DNA of 64,000 nucleotides from the human T2T-CHM13v2.0 reference genome, Homo sapiens (GCF_009914755.1 NC_060928.1); one strand, 5' to 3'. Counted from the first letter of the stretch, positions 26,936 through 41,669 are shown. Notes: generated from the sequence alone by a model not told the origin. A program made the numbers and translations.

Positions 26936-28614
26936 GTAAAAAAAAGAAGAAAAAAATGTAAGCAGAAAACTATAGACCATTCTTGACATTTCTTTTTCAC
27001 GTCCAATTTCAATATTAACACCAAGTTTTTAAATTTTGTATCTTAAAGACCTTGGGGCCACATAATCAAACCAAATTTATTAAAAATAATCATTTCTATA
27101 CATTCTAATTATTTTCTTCACTACCAATCAAATACCTTTATATTTAAGGAATAAGATAAATTAAGGGCCATGCAATTCTTAAAAATTTCATAACAAAGAT
27201 GAGACCTGTGCTCTCATTTGAACTAGCGGAACTGTTCAGGTAACATATTACAAGTATTTTACAAAAAAACTATTTAGAAAACTTTAAAGTTAAATTGCTC
27301 ACTAATATTTTCATTGACTTACCTTTCCCAAATTAAATTTTTCTGTATAACAGTTAGTTTCTCAGTTACCTTCCTGATGCTGAAATGTTGTTCTTTAAAT
27401 ATTATCTACTGATGGCCAGGAGCTCCACAATATTCAATGAAGCATTATCTGTAGTGGTTAAGCATGGGAGTACTGAGGTTTGGCTAATTACACGTCATTT
27501 ATTCATTTTGCAAAATTTTGACAGATTGCAACTATATAGCATTGATGAGATTATATACTAACAAGCATTCCAGTTTGAGAGAGAGAGAGAGCGAGCTTGG
27601 ATTTCAATTAATATTTCCTAGGAAACATTGAGGAAGGTAGTAGATGATGAATGTTAGGATCTTCTGTGTCCATTTTTACACCAATATCAAATGCAGTTGA
27701 ACAGGCTGTTCAACTGATAAATGAATAAACATAAATGTAGAAAATAAAGCTAGCATAGAAAAATAATTCCACTCAATATTTACGTTGGTGCTTTCTATAC
27801 GCCAGGCCCTCAAGGAGCTCACCTATTGAGTGAGACAATGATAGAAACAAGTAATAATTATCAATTTAAAAAATTCACCATAATGTGATATACATTTGGT
27901 TGCTACTATACATGTTAAAGGATAGGGTGAATAAAGGCATCATATTTTTAAAAATCATTAATAGCCAGAAAGTACCCACAGTGAATATCTAGGAAATAAG
28001 AAACACAGATTATGTATATTAAAATTTATTCTTAAAACCACACCTCCCTTCGTTTGTGAGAGCAATCTAAAGGATATACCATTCTAGCATATTCTTCTTA
28101 CTTACAGACAGCATGTATTTAATGTTTGTAGACATCACATGTCTATCTTCTGTGTTACTCTGCTTGGGCAACCACTTCTTGAGGTCTGAGAAATGTGAGT
28201 GTATCTTCGAATGAAAAGCAAAAAATAATCAGTACAATTTATGAGTTAAGTTTGTTACAATCGTACATGAACAACCTCACTCTTTTTGTAATAATATTTT
28301 TATCTCTCTTTATAAAATGTTAGGCCAAATTATCACATATTTTTATATAATATATTCATAAATTTCTGTTCAGTCTTCTTTCCCAATCCCTACCACACCT
28401 AATAAGAACGCTTCAGCCAGGTCGTTTGCATAGAGTATAAGGTTCTCGGATAAGGCAAAACATATAATTCCACAGATAAATAACAAAATAGTAAAATAGG
28501 CATGATATGTTCTGGGAAAATCAGTTATTTAAATGCTACGTGGGGGACTCCATATATGTAACAATGGGTAACAGATATAGCTACAATGGTATGCGAGGTT
28601 ATTAAATGTTTAAC

Positions 28615-29113
<499 letters not shown>

Positions 29114-30624
29114 CTACCAGTCATAGGAAGGGCATCCCTCTGCCCCATTTTCATGCAGTAAGGTGGAATGGTATTTATTACTGTCGTGTTCCACTAATTC
29201 TAAACAACGGCTATAATAAAATGTTACTCTCAGCAGACAGGGTCAGAGGTCTTACATTCTACTTTGCATAGACTATATGCACTATTTGAGCATTCATCAA
29301 CCAGCACCCTTTGTTTTTTAGTCTCCCATTATTTAAAGTTCATTCCAGGAAACTTGACTTCCCGCATTTGTCATTCAGAAACCAGCGAAACCAGAGCTCC
29401 CGAAACTCCAACCCTACCAAGAGCCAGGCACACGCCTGGTGATCTCTTTCTGCAAATAGGCAAAATATACAGAGTTCCTCATCTGTATAGATGCAGATGA
29501 GGAAGGGAGGCAGTAGAAGTGACCTGACTTCAAGACCTTGAGGAAAGCACAAGCACCATTATTGTTTTACCTGAAAATAAGGTAAATATATGTGTCTGGA
29601 ATGTGTATCTGGAGTGTTGTGAACTAAGTCAGATAAACGTACCACTCATGAGATTTCTAATTTCAGCCTTCTTGACAAAATGGAACAATTATATATTTTA
29701 AGCAAGTAGTTGATATAGATAGGTTTTTGGATTAATGTAATAATAAATTTAACAAGATGAGCAATTTTAAATATGATGCATTGATAATCAATAGTTCTGA
29801 CAATGTGAGAAGTTTAAAACATACGGCAGGCCTCCAGTTGTTATCGTGTATAACATGCAGGATGCTATATTCATAACACAGCAAGAATATATTCAGCTCT
29901 TATTTCAGTGATGTGCTCACTTTTAATTTTGTGACATACTCCCAGTATTCAAAAGGCAAAGGACTTTAAAGGACTTTGGATTTTTTGTGGGATAGATATA
30001 AGGATGGACTACAACTTTTATGATTACTGTGAACAAAAGGAAAAATCAGCTAAATTCTATCCTTTAAACAAATTCTTTAGCCAACACTTTTAAATTTTGA
30101 CCTATGTTATTCAAGATATGATGTTAGATTTTATATACAACCTGCAGTTCCTGCTCTTAAAAAGTTTAGTGTGCAGGAGAAGAGTGTAACCACGATGTAA
30201 TTTATCATGAATAATGATAAGAAGGTGGAAAGAATAAGTAATATAATAGGCATGGTAATAAACATTTAGAAACAAGAACTATTGGAATTTTAAAGGGAAA
30301 ATTACAATGCAAGTTGAGGATAGAGCATTAAGAATGATCTAATATATGTTGAAAAGTGTCATATATTTTTTGAAAATTTGCGGCATTTATTATAGGCAGA
30401 AATGGAGAAGGCAATATATTCATGAATGAAGAAAAATGTTATCAAATAAACAATGTAAGAGGTGCTTTAGAGTAACTGTAAGCAATTTCATTTGAGTGGA
30501 ATATAGGGTTTTCACTGGAGAATGTGATGGAAAAGTATGCAGTTAGGTGGCAAAATATGTGATATACATAACTAATCATTTGGAAATATTCTATTAAACT
30601 ACATATAAAAATTTAAAAGGTTCT

Positions 30625-30950
<326 letters not shown>

Positions 30951-31171
30951 TTAGAAATAGTGCATTTATAATCATAGGAATAATTAATACAGCTAAATTT
31001 TTTATCAATGAAAGTAGATTCTACAAATGAAGAAATAATTTGCATGAGTTCATAATTTTACATATGATAATTTAACAAATTACAGATTAAAGATATTAAT
31101 AAATGCTTATCAATATGAAAATATACATATGTGATTCAGATGGAAACCTCACTTATTTTCATATTTTAATG

Positions 31172-34100
31172 TTTTTTTCAACTTTTAGAATCAAGAGTAT
31201 AAATTAATTTGGTTGTTAATATTAGGGAAATAATGTAGAATGCTAAAGAGCTCATTATCAAGGCAATTATACATGTTCAGGATTGTTACAAAGGTGTATT
31301 GTGTGATGCTGAGGTTTGGGGTATCATTAAACCCATCACCCAGGTAGTAAGCATAACACATAATAAGTGATTTTTCCAACCGTTCCCCTCTTCTTTCCTT
31401 CTCCCTTTTGTAGTCCTCAGTGTCTATTGTTCACATCTTTATGTCTGTGTGTACCCAGTCTTTTGCTCCCACTTGTAAGTGAGAATATGTGGTATTTGAT
31501 TTTATGTTTCTGTTAATTTGCTTATGATAATGGCCTCCAGCTGTATCCATGTTACTGCAAAGGATATGATTTTGTTCATTTTTATAGCTGCATAGTATTC
31601 CATGGTGTATATGTACCATATTTTCTGTATTCAATCCACCATTGATGGGGACCTAAGTTGGTTCCAAGCATTTGCTATTGTGAATAGTGCTGCAATGAAT
31701 ATGGGGAGGGGGGACATGTATCCTTTTGGTAAAATAATTTATTTTCTGTTGGGTAAAATAACTTATTTTCTGTTAGGTATACACTCAGTAATAGGATTGC
31801 TAGGTTGAATGGTAGTTCTATTTTCAGTTCTTTGAGAAGTCTCCAAACTGCTTTTCACAGTGGCTGAATTAATTTACATTCCCATCATTAGTGTATACGT
31901 GTTCCCTTTTCTCCACAGCCCTGCCAATATGTTATTCTTTGATGTTTTAATAATAACCATTCTGACTGGGTGAAGTGGTATCTCTTTGGGGTTTTGATAT
32001 GCATTTTCTGATTATTAATGATGATAAGCATTTTTAAGTGTTTGCCGGCCACTTGTATGTCTTCTTTTGAGAGGTGTCTGTTCATGTCCTTGGGGTTATT
32101 TGTTTTTTCTTGTTGATTCATTTAATTTCCTTATCGATCTTGGATATTAGTCCTTTGTCAGACGCATAGTTTGAGAATATTTTCTCCTATTCTCTAAGTT
32201 TTCTGTTTACTCTGTTGATAATTTCTTTTGCTGTACAGAAACCTTTTGCTTAATTAGGTCCCACTTGGCAACTTTTGTTTTTGCAATTTCTTCTTAGGGC
32301 TTAGCCATAAATTCTTTGCAAAGGCCCATGTTGAGAAGGATATTTCCTAGGTTTTCTTCCAGGGTTCTTATATTTTGATGTCTTACATTAAATCTTGAAT
32401 TCATTATGAGTTAATTTGTGTATATGTCTATAAGGAGGGGCCCTGGTTCATTCTTATTCATATGGAAGCCAGTTATCCCAACACCATTTACTGAATAGCG
32501 AGTCATTTCCCCATTGCTTATAATTGTCAACTTTGCTGAAGAGGCTTCAGGTGCACTACTTTATTTCTCAGTTCTCTGTTTTGTTACATTGGTTGATCTG
32601 TCTCTTGTTTGTACCAATAACATGATATTTTGATTACTGTAGACTTGTATTATAATTTGAAGTTACGTAGTGTGATGCCTCTGGCTTTGTTCTTTTTGCT
32701 TAGGATTGTTTTGGCTATCCAGGCCCTTTTTGGTTCCATATGCATTTTAGAAAAGTTTTTTCTAGTTTTGTGAAAAATGACATTGGTAGTTTAATAGGAA
32801 TAGCCCCGAATCTGTAGATTATTCTGAGCAGTATGGTTATTTTAACTATATTGATTCTTTCAGTTCATAAGCATGGAACTTTTTTATTTGTTTGTTTCAT
32901 CTATGATTTCTTTCAGCAGTGTTACACAGTTCTCCTTGTGGAGATCTTTCACCTGCTTGGTTAAATGTATTTCTAGATATTTCATATTTTGTGGCTATTG
33001 TAAATGGGATTGCATTCTTTGTCTCTCAGTTGGCATATTATTGTTGTATAAAAATACTACTGATACTTGTACATTGATTTTGCATTCTGAAACTTTGTTG
33101 AAGTCATTAATCAGTTCTAGGATTCTTTCGGCAGAGTCTTTAGAGATTTCTATGCGTACAGTCATATCATTAGCAAAGAAAGATAATTTTACTTACTCTT
33201 TTCCTGTTTGAATGCCTTTTATTTTCATTTTTTCTGTTGCCTGATTGCTCTAGCTAGGACTTCCAGTACTATGTTGAATAGGAGTGGTGAGAGTGGGTAT
33301 CCTTGTTTTGTTCAGGTTGTCAAGGTATTAGGCTGATGCCAGCATCACAGAATGAGTTAGAGACGAGTCCCTCCTTCTCAATTTTTTGACATAGTTTCAG
33401 TAGGATTGGTACCAGCTGTAATTTGCACACCTGGTAGAATTCAGCTGTGAATCTATCTGGTCTGTGACTTTTTTGATTGGTAGGCTTTTTTTTTTATTAT
33501 TACTGATTCAGTTTTGGAACTCAATATTGGTGTGTTTAGCATTTCACTTTCTTGCTGCTTCAGACTCAGAACATTATATGTTTCTAGGATTTTATGCAGT
33601 TCCTCTAGAGTTTCAAGTTTATGTGCAGAGAGGTGTTCAGAATAGTCTTTGAGGATCTTTTGCATTTCTTGAGGATTAGGTGTAATATCACCTTTGTTAT
33701 TTCTGATTTTGCTTATTTAAATCTGCTTTCTTCTTTGTTAATCTAGCTAGTAGTCTATTGATCTTGTTTATCCTTTCAAAAAACCAGTTTATGATTTTGT
33801 TGATTATTTTATGAAATTTTGTTTCTCAATTTTGTTTCATTCCTCTCAGATTTCAGTTATTGCTCTTCTGCTAACTTTGAGATTTGTTTTTGTGTTTCTA
33901 TTTCCTCTAGGTGCTATGATAGATTATTAATTTGAGATCTTTCTAGCTTTTTGATGTAGGCATTTACCACTATCAGCTTTACTCTTAACATTAGATTTCC
34001 TGTATCCAAGAGATTTTGAGATGTTGTTTCTTCTTTTTCATTTATTTAAAAAATTCTGCCTTAATTTTGTTGTTTACCTAGAAGTCATTCAGGAGCAAGT

Positions 34101-36030
34101 TGTTTAATTTTCATGTCACTGGGTGGTTTTGAGAGATAATCTTGGTATTGATTTCTATTTGTATTCCACTGTGGTCCGAAAGCATGGTTGGTATGGTTTT
34201 GATTATTTTGAGCTTATGAGGTTTTCTTTATTGCCAAGTATGTGGCCAAGATTAGAGTACGTTCCACATGCAGATAAGAAGATTGTATGCTCTATATTTG
34301 TTGGGTGAAGTATTCTGTAGATGTTTATTAAGTCCAATTGGTCAAGTGTTGAATTTAAGCCCAGAGTCTCTTTGTTAGTTTTCTGCCCCATAATCTTTCT
34401 AACGCAGTCAGTGGAGATGTTTAAGTCCTCCACTATTATTATGTGGCTATTTAAGCCTTTTCATAAGTCCAGAAGTACTTGTTTTATGAACTTGAGTGCT
34501 CCAATATTGGGTGAGTATATATTTAGGATAGATAAATTTTCTTGTTGAATTGAACTCTTTATCATTATGTAATGCCCTTTGTCCTTTTTTACTGTTGGTG
34601 GTTTAAAGCATATTTTACCTGCTAGAAGAATAGCAAACCCTGCTCTTTCTTGTTTTCCATTTTTGGGATAAATCTTTTTAGCCCTTTACTTTGCTTATAC
34701 GAGTCATTACATTTGAGATGGGTCCCTTATATACAGTAGACAGTAGGATCTTGTTTATTTATCAAACTTTGGGAAATTTTTGTGAACAAAATTATCAAAT
34801 ATGTTTTTTAGGTTGCTTACTTTTTCTCATTCTCTCTCAAGAATGCCAATGAGCCATAAGTTTTTTCTCTTTATATAATCCCATATTTCTCATAGGTTTT
34901 GTTCATTTAAAACAATTCTTTTTTCTTTATTTTTGTTTGACTGGGTTAATTCGAAAAACTGGTCTTTGAGCTTTGGAGTTCTTTCCTCAGCTTGGTCTAG
35001 TTTTTTAAGCTTCTACTTTATTTTGAAATTTCTGTAGTGAATTTTTCAATTTTGGAAGTTTAGTTTATTTCTTTCTTAAAATGACTATGTCACCTTTCAA
35101 CTCTTGGATTGTTTTCTGGCTTCCTTGGATTGGGTTTCAACTTTCTCTTGAATCTTCTTTTACTTCCTTGCCATCTAGATTCTGAATTTTTTCATCTGTC
35201 CTTTCAGATATTTCAATCTGGTTAGGATCCACTGCTGGGAACTAGTGTCATTCTTTGGAGGTAAGGAAACACTACAAGTTTTGAATTGCCAGAGTTCCTG
35301 TGCTGATCCCTAATCATCTGAGCAAGCTTGTGTTTCTTTAACTTTTGGAGGTTGTTGCAGTTTGGATGAGGCTTTTCGTTTTCATATTTTTTTTCCCTTG
35401 AGTATTAGAATGTGGTGTATTTTGTATATAGTCAACTGGCTTTATTTCTGGGTGCTTTCAGAGGGCCAAGGGTCTGTATGGGTTTCTTAGTTGTGACTAG
35501 TTTCCTACATTGCGCTTCACAGGCATTGCATGCTGAAGGAATTTATTTTTGTTTGGTGGCATAATTCAGGCTGTGAGCTAGTAGATGGTGCTTAAGAGTA
35601 AGGGTCATCAAATAGACTCTTTTGTATTTCAGTAAATTCTCTGCAGTGCTCTGGGATGGGAATTATGGGGAAGGGTGCAAGAGAAAACCCTCCTTACCAA
35701 GTCCATTCCCAGGCCTTTGGGAAACCCCCTCTAACCACTGGCACTGTGCCCACATTTCCTTAGGCCCAAGGGATGCCCTCTCAGGCAACACTTCCCCTCC
35801 CTTAGGTACAGCCCAAGTCAAAAGCTAGATCACCAGAAAACCTGCAAATCCCTGGTTTCCACTGGTCCTCTGAGCTTGGCAGAGTCAGAGAGCACTGTGG
35901 GGTATGTCTGTAGGTGGTCTGGTGATGCACTGGTTCAAGGTCAGTTTGTCCTTGGTCAGGGCAGTAGTGCTATGGGTGTGCAGTTAGTGTGCTGCCCACA
36001 GCCTGGGCTTTTTGCCCAGCAGATGGCTGG
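31172..36030 (-). mobile_element. LINE-1, L1PA16/17-like, with two internal deletions and an incomplete 5' UTR
   Basis: 3' end gtgtgatgctgaggtttggggtatc...cccatcacccaggtagtaagcata. ORF2 peptides LNSTLDQLDLINIYRILHP and LSAHKLETLEE. ORF1 remnant at ~34770-35270 and GC-richer 5' UTR up to ~36030. Confidence 0.9.
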
Positions 36031-37293
36031 TATTTTATATTATAGTGTTTTAACAAGAATTTGGATACATATTTTTAGATCATTGGAATAAAAAACGTAT
36101 ACAAATTTAAGGTATTTAGTGGCAAGTTGATAAATATGATTTAAATTTGTTTTTATCACAAGGACTCTACTACTATCATGTATTTAATTGTTTAAAGATA
36201 TAGTTGGTTATTTAATGTCCTCATGCTTTTATTTAGAATGTCCTCATCTATCTGTTCTAAATGTATTACAGAGAAGAAAAGTAGAAAGAAGAAACCATCT
36301 TTGGAAAAAGAAGCTCCGGAAGATAGGAATATTTTTCTCTTTTTATTTTAGTTAATGTGAATATGGGTATTGGGTCAAACATCAGTTCTATCAGATAGTG
36401 ATAGTATCTTACCACATTTAATATCTCACTTGCCATGGATTTATTATTTAGCTTTTTGAACTATTCCACTAACATCACACCTTGACTGAATCAATCAGTG
36501 CACCACAATGATAGCTTTATGTGCTAACATTTGTGTTAGCATTTTGAGACTCTCTTTAAATTATGAATTGAGTCTCTAAATTCTACCATAATATTCAAAT
36601 ATTGAATTCAATGACATAGTTTCCAAGTGCAAATATTGTCAAAAAATAGTTTAACATACTAAGAAAAAGACAAAGTATATTGAAACAAATCTTTCTGTTA
36701 TCAAATCAGTAATTTTAAACATAGACCTCATGGTTTTTGTTTAAGTTTATACTTCAGTTGTTATTTTTGGATTCAGAAAATAATACATAATTTACTTTCT
36801 GTTATTCCTTTATTCTTTAAGTAGGAAAGTCAGTTATAAAATTAAATACATTTTGTCTTTTAGTGATATAACAATGTCTAAATATAATGTATTACTGACA
36901 TATAGTAGACTATATTGCTAATATATTAACATTCCATATTTCATTAATGATATATGAAGATACTACATCTTTCCACTTTAACAAATTGTAGGTAGAATAA
37001 CTGATAGAATTCATGATTTTGTACTTACATATTTCATTAAATATCATTAAACTAAAATTATTTTGGTAAAGGGTATATTTTATTGAAATAATAAACATAA
37101 AATTAGAAGTCCCTAAAAGAAAGAATAATGTTACAAAATAATATGGAATAATAAGCTAATTTGTATTTTGGTGATGAAATGGATAATACCATTAGGAAAG
37201 TTGTAGATCTCCGGCCCAGTTTATTGTAAGACAAAGTGTTTTATTATATTCTGGACAATTATTCAAAATACTTTCTGTGCTGCTACAACCAAT

Positions 37294-37665
37294 TGATACG
37301 GTTTGACTGTGTCCCAACCCAAATCTTATCTTGAATTGTAGTTCCTATTATCCTTCCATGATATGGGAGGGACCCTGTGGGAGGTAATTGAATCATGGAG
37401 GCGTTTTTTTCCCGTGCTGGTCTCGTGAATATGAATAAGTCTCACAAGATCTGATGGCTTTCTTTATAAAGGGCAGTTCCCCTGCATATGCTCTCTTGCC
37501 TGACTCCATGTAGGACATGCCTTTGCTCCTCATTCACCTTCTGCCATGATTGTGAGGCCTCCCCAGCCAAGTAGAACTGTGAGTCCATTAAACATCTTTT
37601 TTTTTTTTAATAAATTACCCACTCTTGGGTATTTCTTCATAGCAGTATGGAAATGGACTAATACA
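37294..37665 (+). mobile_element. MaLR solo LTR, THE1C-like
   Basis: tgatacggtttgactgtgtcccaacccaaatc...gggcagttcccctgca...ggactaataca, with a perfect 5-bp TSD ccaat. Confidence 0.93.
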
Positions 37666-39239
37666 CCAATGTTCTATAATGGTTCTGTATTAGCATTTGA
37701 TCATAATCGTTTATCATTCTCCCATTTCTTATATGGTTTTTTTTTCTTGGAAAAAGATCAATTGGGAGCCATCTTTAATATGTATATAACAGTTTCAATG
37801 TTGGAAAATATGAAATTTGCATATTAGTAAATGTAAATGTAATTTTAGTAGCTTTAAATTTCTCTTATAAATAATCAAGCCTGACTAATAAAAAATCACA
37901 TGAAAATAGCATGAACATAAAAACTTTCTGAGAAAAGAAAAATGAGAATACTTTAAAACAGTTTTACCCTTGCACACTTATAAATCTTTAAATTCTATTA
38001 AACATATTTTGTTAGCATTATTTTAAAGCTGTGTAGCATGTCCTTAAATTACTGAAATAGTATAACCAAAATTTTTATGGACTAGCATATTCTTGTAACA
38101 ATTTTTGCAAAATATGCATTAAAACTGGAAGCTTTATAATAAATTATTACTTTATCTGAATTTAACCCCACTTGCATTATCTTTCTCAGCTATAATTATC
38201 TGTCCCAAAGAATATCTCCAGCTTTTGCAGCAGTAATCTTGACCTCTCTGCTTGCTCAGGGCATATCTAGAAATGAACCCAGTTGCCTCGAACCTGTAAT
38301 TTCTGGAAACAATATTTACAGATTCAGAGAGAATCTGAAAACAGACAGAGATATGACCTGTTTTAACATGGGAGCTCAGCAACAATCTTTACATTGGGAT
38401 TATCCTGAGGTATTTGGGATGCAAAAAAAAAAAAAAAGTACTCAAGTTTCTGTGTATGCTGTTTTCATAAAGGGTGACTCTTTTTTCTTTCATTGAGGAC
38501 AATACACAACTCAATTAAGCAGAATTATTTCATTTCCAATTAAATATTTTCATATCATGATTGTCAGTCAGTTATATAAATTTAATCATTTCTGCATGCA
38601 AAATGGAAAAACATACATATTTTATATATTGCTTAATAAAGTGCAAACTGTAGGTTATTTGCCTTTTTATAAAAGATAGGAAAGAAGTTCCTTAAAATAT
38701 ACATTTTATTTTGTATAATTTGTCCAGAACTTGGACAAAAAAATTATTCTGTAGATCATTTATGAGGAAATTTATTCACAGAAGGTAAAATGTGAATCAA
38801 GCTAAAAACACATAATTTCTTTATGTTGTTCCTGTCTGTATCACTTTTACACATTAATAAGTCAAATTTCTCTCTATTTTTATATTATACCAAATTATAA
38901 TCTCAATAAAGGCAATTTTTATGTTCATGGGGCCATATTACAAAATAGTTTTTAAATTTTAGCAATCTAAAGCATTGAATATTTTTGTTGTTTTAAAACA
39001 AAGAATACCATCCAAACCTTTGAGATAAAATAGGAGCTTTGAACATTATATATAGTGAAAACAGTAAGTGGTTTCACATGGTGAAACGTAATTTAGCCAT
39101 GTTAAAAGTCCTTTAGCCTAGATGTTGTAAAAATAGATTTTAAAGGAAACTCCAAGATAAAAATAAGAGTAAAACATACATTGGACTACATCAATACACA
39201 TCTCTTTCAAAACCTCCTTCTCACATGGAGATTAATATT

Positions 39240-39600
39240 CAAATTCTTCACCATGCTCTAACTCTGTAAATTACTAAAATAGTATAATCCCTTTCCCATT
39301 GCCTTTGTTCATTTGCTTTACCCACATTGGCCTTTTTGCTGGTCCTGGAATAGGGCAATCACACTCATGACTATTACCATAGTTCATTGTATTCTCTCCT
39401 CCTGGAATTCTCTTTCCCCAGATTTTTACTTGGTTCATTTCCTAGAGACACCCATATTTTCACCTTAATGTCTATCTTACTACCTGCTTTTTAAATTTAT
39501 TTATTATAATTGACATAATCTTACAATAAAAATTTATGGATAGTATTTTTCATAAAACTGTAAACATCATGAGTGCAGAGACATTATCTGTCTTCTTTAC
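39240..39600 (+). mobile_element. L2 (L2a-like) 3' fragment
   Basis: ggcctttttgctggtcctggaa, cctggaattctctttccccagat and ctgtaaacatcatgagtgcagagac match the L2 3' region. Confidence 0.65.
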
Positions 39601-39879
39601 CTCTAGAAGCTGAGAATGACCTTTTGCCAAAGGCAGCAGGGAAAGGAGGACTTCAGTTTTACCAATTGAATTCTGTCAATACCTTGAATTAGTCAAGAAG
39701 TAGATTTGTCTCCAGAGGCCAGTCCTGTTGACAACTTCATTTTGAACTTGTGAAATTTGAAGCACAAATATCAGCTGAGCGCACCAAACTTCCAACCTAC
39801 AGAATCACAATAAATTAGTGTTGTATTAAGCCTTTAACTATGTGGCAAATTTTTATGGCAGCAGTAAATAATTAATACA
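39601..39879 (+). mobile_element. MaLR LTR 3' half, MLT1D/E-like
   Basis: ctctagaagctgagaatgacc, ttgaattctgtcaataccttgaat, aataaattagtgttgtattaagcc and the terminus ttatggcagcagtaaataattaataca. Confidence 0.75.
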
Positions 39880-40670
39880 CATGTGAAAGTCATTATCATT
39901 ATCTCATGCTTGTTTATTATCATTAAAAAATTGTTATTGTTTAGCTTATTTCTACAAGATAAATATTTGATATTTTTAAGCACTCATTAAGGCATATGGC
40001 TCCCAAAATTTCTTATATTTTGTACTTTATTCATTAAATTAAATTAATATTTCAAACTGAACTTCCCACACATATGTAATACTTTTCCTATTTGATATAA
40101 ATTACTTTATTTTTGTTAAACTTAATGGAGAAAACAGTTTCCTTAAGGTTTAATTTTTATCTATCTTCTAAATAGTGTAAAAGCATGTTTCAAAAGAAAT
40201 GAGATAAAAGCACAAATATTAAATAAATGGATGAAAGATTTGCGGTTGGAAAGTAGAAAGTAATGGTACACTAACATTTAAATATAGATGGATAAGCGGA
40301 AAACATGGTGATAAAACAAAAGTCACATTAAAATTTGATTGTCTTTACTAACAAATTGTGGAAAATAATTTATTTAGAGGTATAACAATTTTTAAAAATT
40401 TAATTTTTCTTTTTTATTGTTTAATTTTTAAATTTCCTTTATTGTTTCAGCAGTAGAAAAAGTTTTGCATTGGGAGTAAGGAGACTTGGATGGATTTCAA
40501 TACCACCTTAGTCAGGTGTCAGACTTTAACCAGGTTATTTTGTTTTATAGTTAAAAGACATGCTGTTCATTATTTACTCTAAAAAGTTCTCTCAATATTT
40601 TTGCCCAAAGCATAACAGTTTAAAGCATGTTATGTGCCCAAAATAACAGTTACTTTTGGCAATTATAGTA

Positions 40671-40672
<2 letters not shown>

Positions 40673-40705
<33 letters not shown>
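40673..40705. repeat. (TG)16 microsatellite
   Basis: Perfect TG run. Confidence 0.97.
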
Positions 40706-40707
<2 letters not shown>

Positions 40708-40936
40708 TATAAAACAGAGAATAAGAAAATGAAAGTGTTGCTCTATTCATGTATATGACTCATTGGAAAAATAAAGTGTGTACAAGGAAAAGAGTTTATT
40801 CTTGTTTTGTTTTGTTTTCCTTGAATGCTTGTTTTAGTATAAGATGAGCAGCATGCTTATGATTTATTCCAACTAGCACGTTGCTCTTGTTTTATCATAT
40901 GTTGATATGTTGACACTACTTTTATATTGTATAGCA

Positions 40937-41298
40937 TGTTATTCCGTATTCATGCTGCTATGAAGACATACCTGAGACAGGGATATTTATAAAGAAAAGA
41001 GGTTTAATTGACTTATGGTTCCACATGGCTAGAGAGGCCTCAAGAAACTTACAATCATGACAGAAGGTGAAATAGGCATGTCTTACAAGGCAGCAGGTGA
41101 GAGAAGTGAGTGCTGAGCAAAGAAGGAAGACCCTCATAAAACCACCAGATCTCATGAGAACTTACTCACTATCATGAGAACAGCATGAGGGTAACTGCTC
41201 CCGTGATTCGATTACCTCCCACCAGGAACCTCCCATGACACCTGAGGATTACAGAAACTATAATTCAAGATGAGATTTGGGGGAGCCAAATCATATCA
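40937..41298 (-). mobile_element. MaLR solo LTR, THE1D-like
   Basis: aaagaaaagaggtttaattgactta...gaaacttacaatcatg...ttcaagatgagatttggg...catatca. Confidence 0.9.
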
Positions 41299-41384
41299 TA
41301 GGGTTATTAACAGGCCATGGAATTATTTTTCTATAAGAACTTTTTGAGTTATTCAGTAGGACCTTTAATTCCAACTTTAGGATA

Positions 41385-41640
41385 ATAGCAACAGTAATAA
41401 TCAATGTAAATATAGTAATGAAAAAACACACTATACACTACAAACTATTCTAAATGTTGTAACATGTATTGACCTGTTAATTCTCTTCCCAACACACAGA
41501 TATCATTATAGTCCTTAATTATAAAAAATGAGATTTAGTGAGCTTGAATAGCTTGCTTAAACTAATAGAAATAACCTGGCATGGAGTCTGAATTGGAACC
41601 CAAGCACCCTGATGATAAAATAACATTCTTAACCAGTGAG
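41385..41640 (-). mobile_element. MIR, highly diverged
   Basis: ctattctaaatgttgtaacatgtattgacctgttaattct and ttggaacccaagcaccctga...ttcttaacca follow the reverse MIR layout. Confidence 0.5.
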
Positions 41641-41669
41641 CTAAGTAATCTTCAGTTTTTTACATTAAA

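Noticed and set aside
36522-36612. Cluster of three small inverted repeats (8-bp arms, 7-bp arms, 12-bp palindrome)
   Set aside because: Arms this short are expected by chance in AT-rich DNA.
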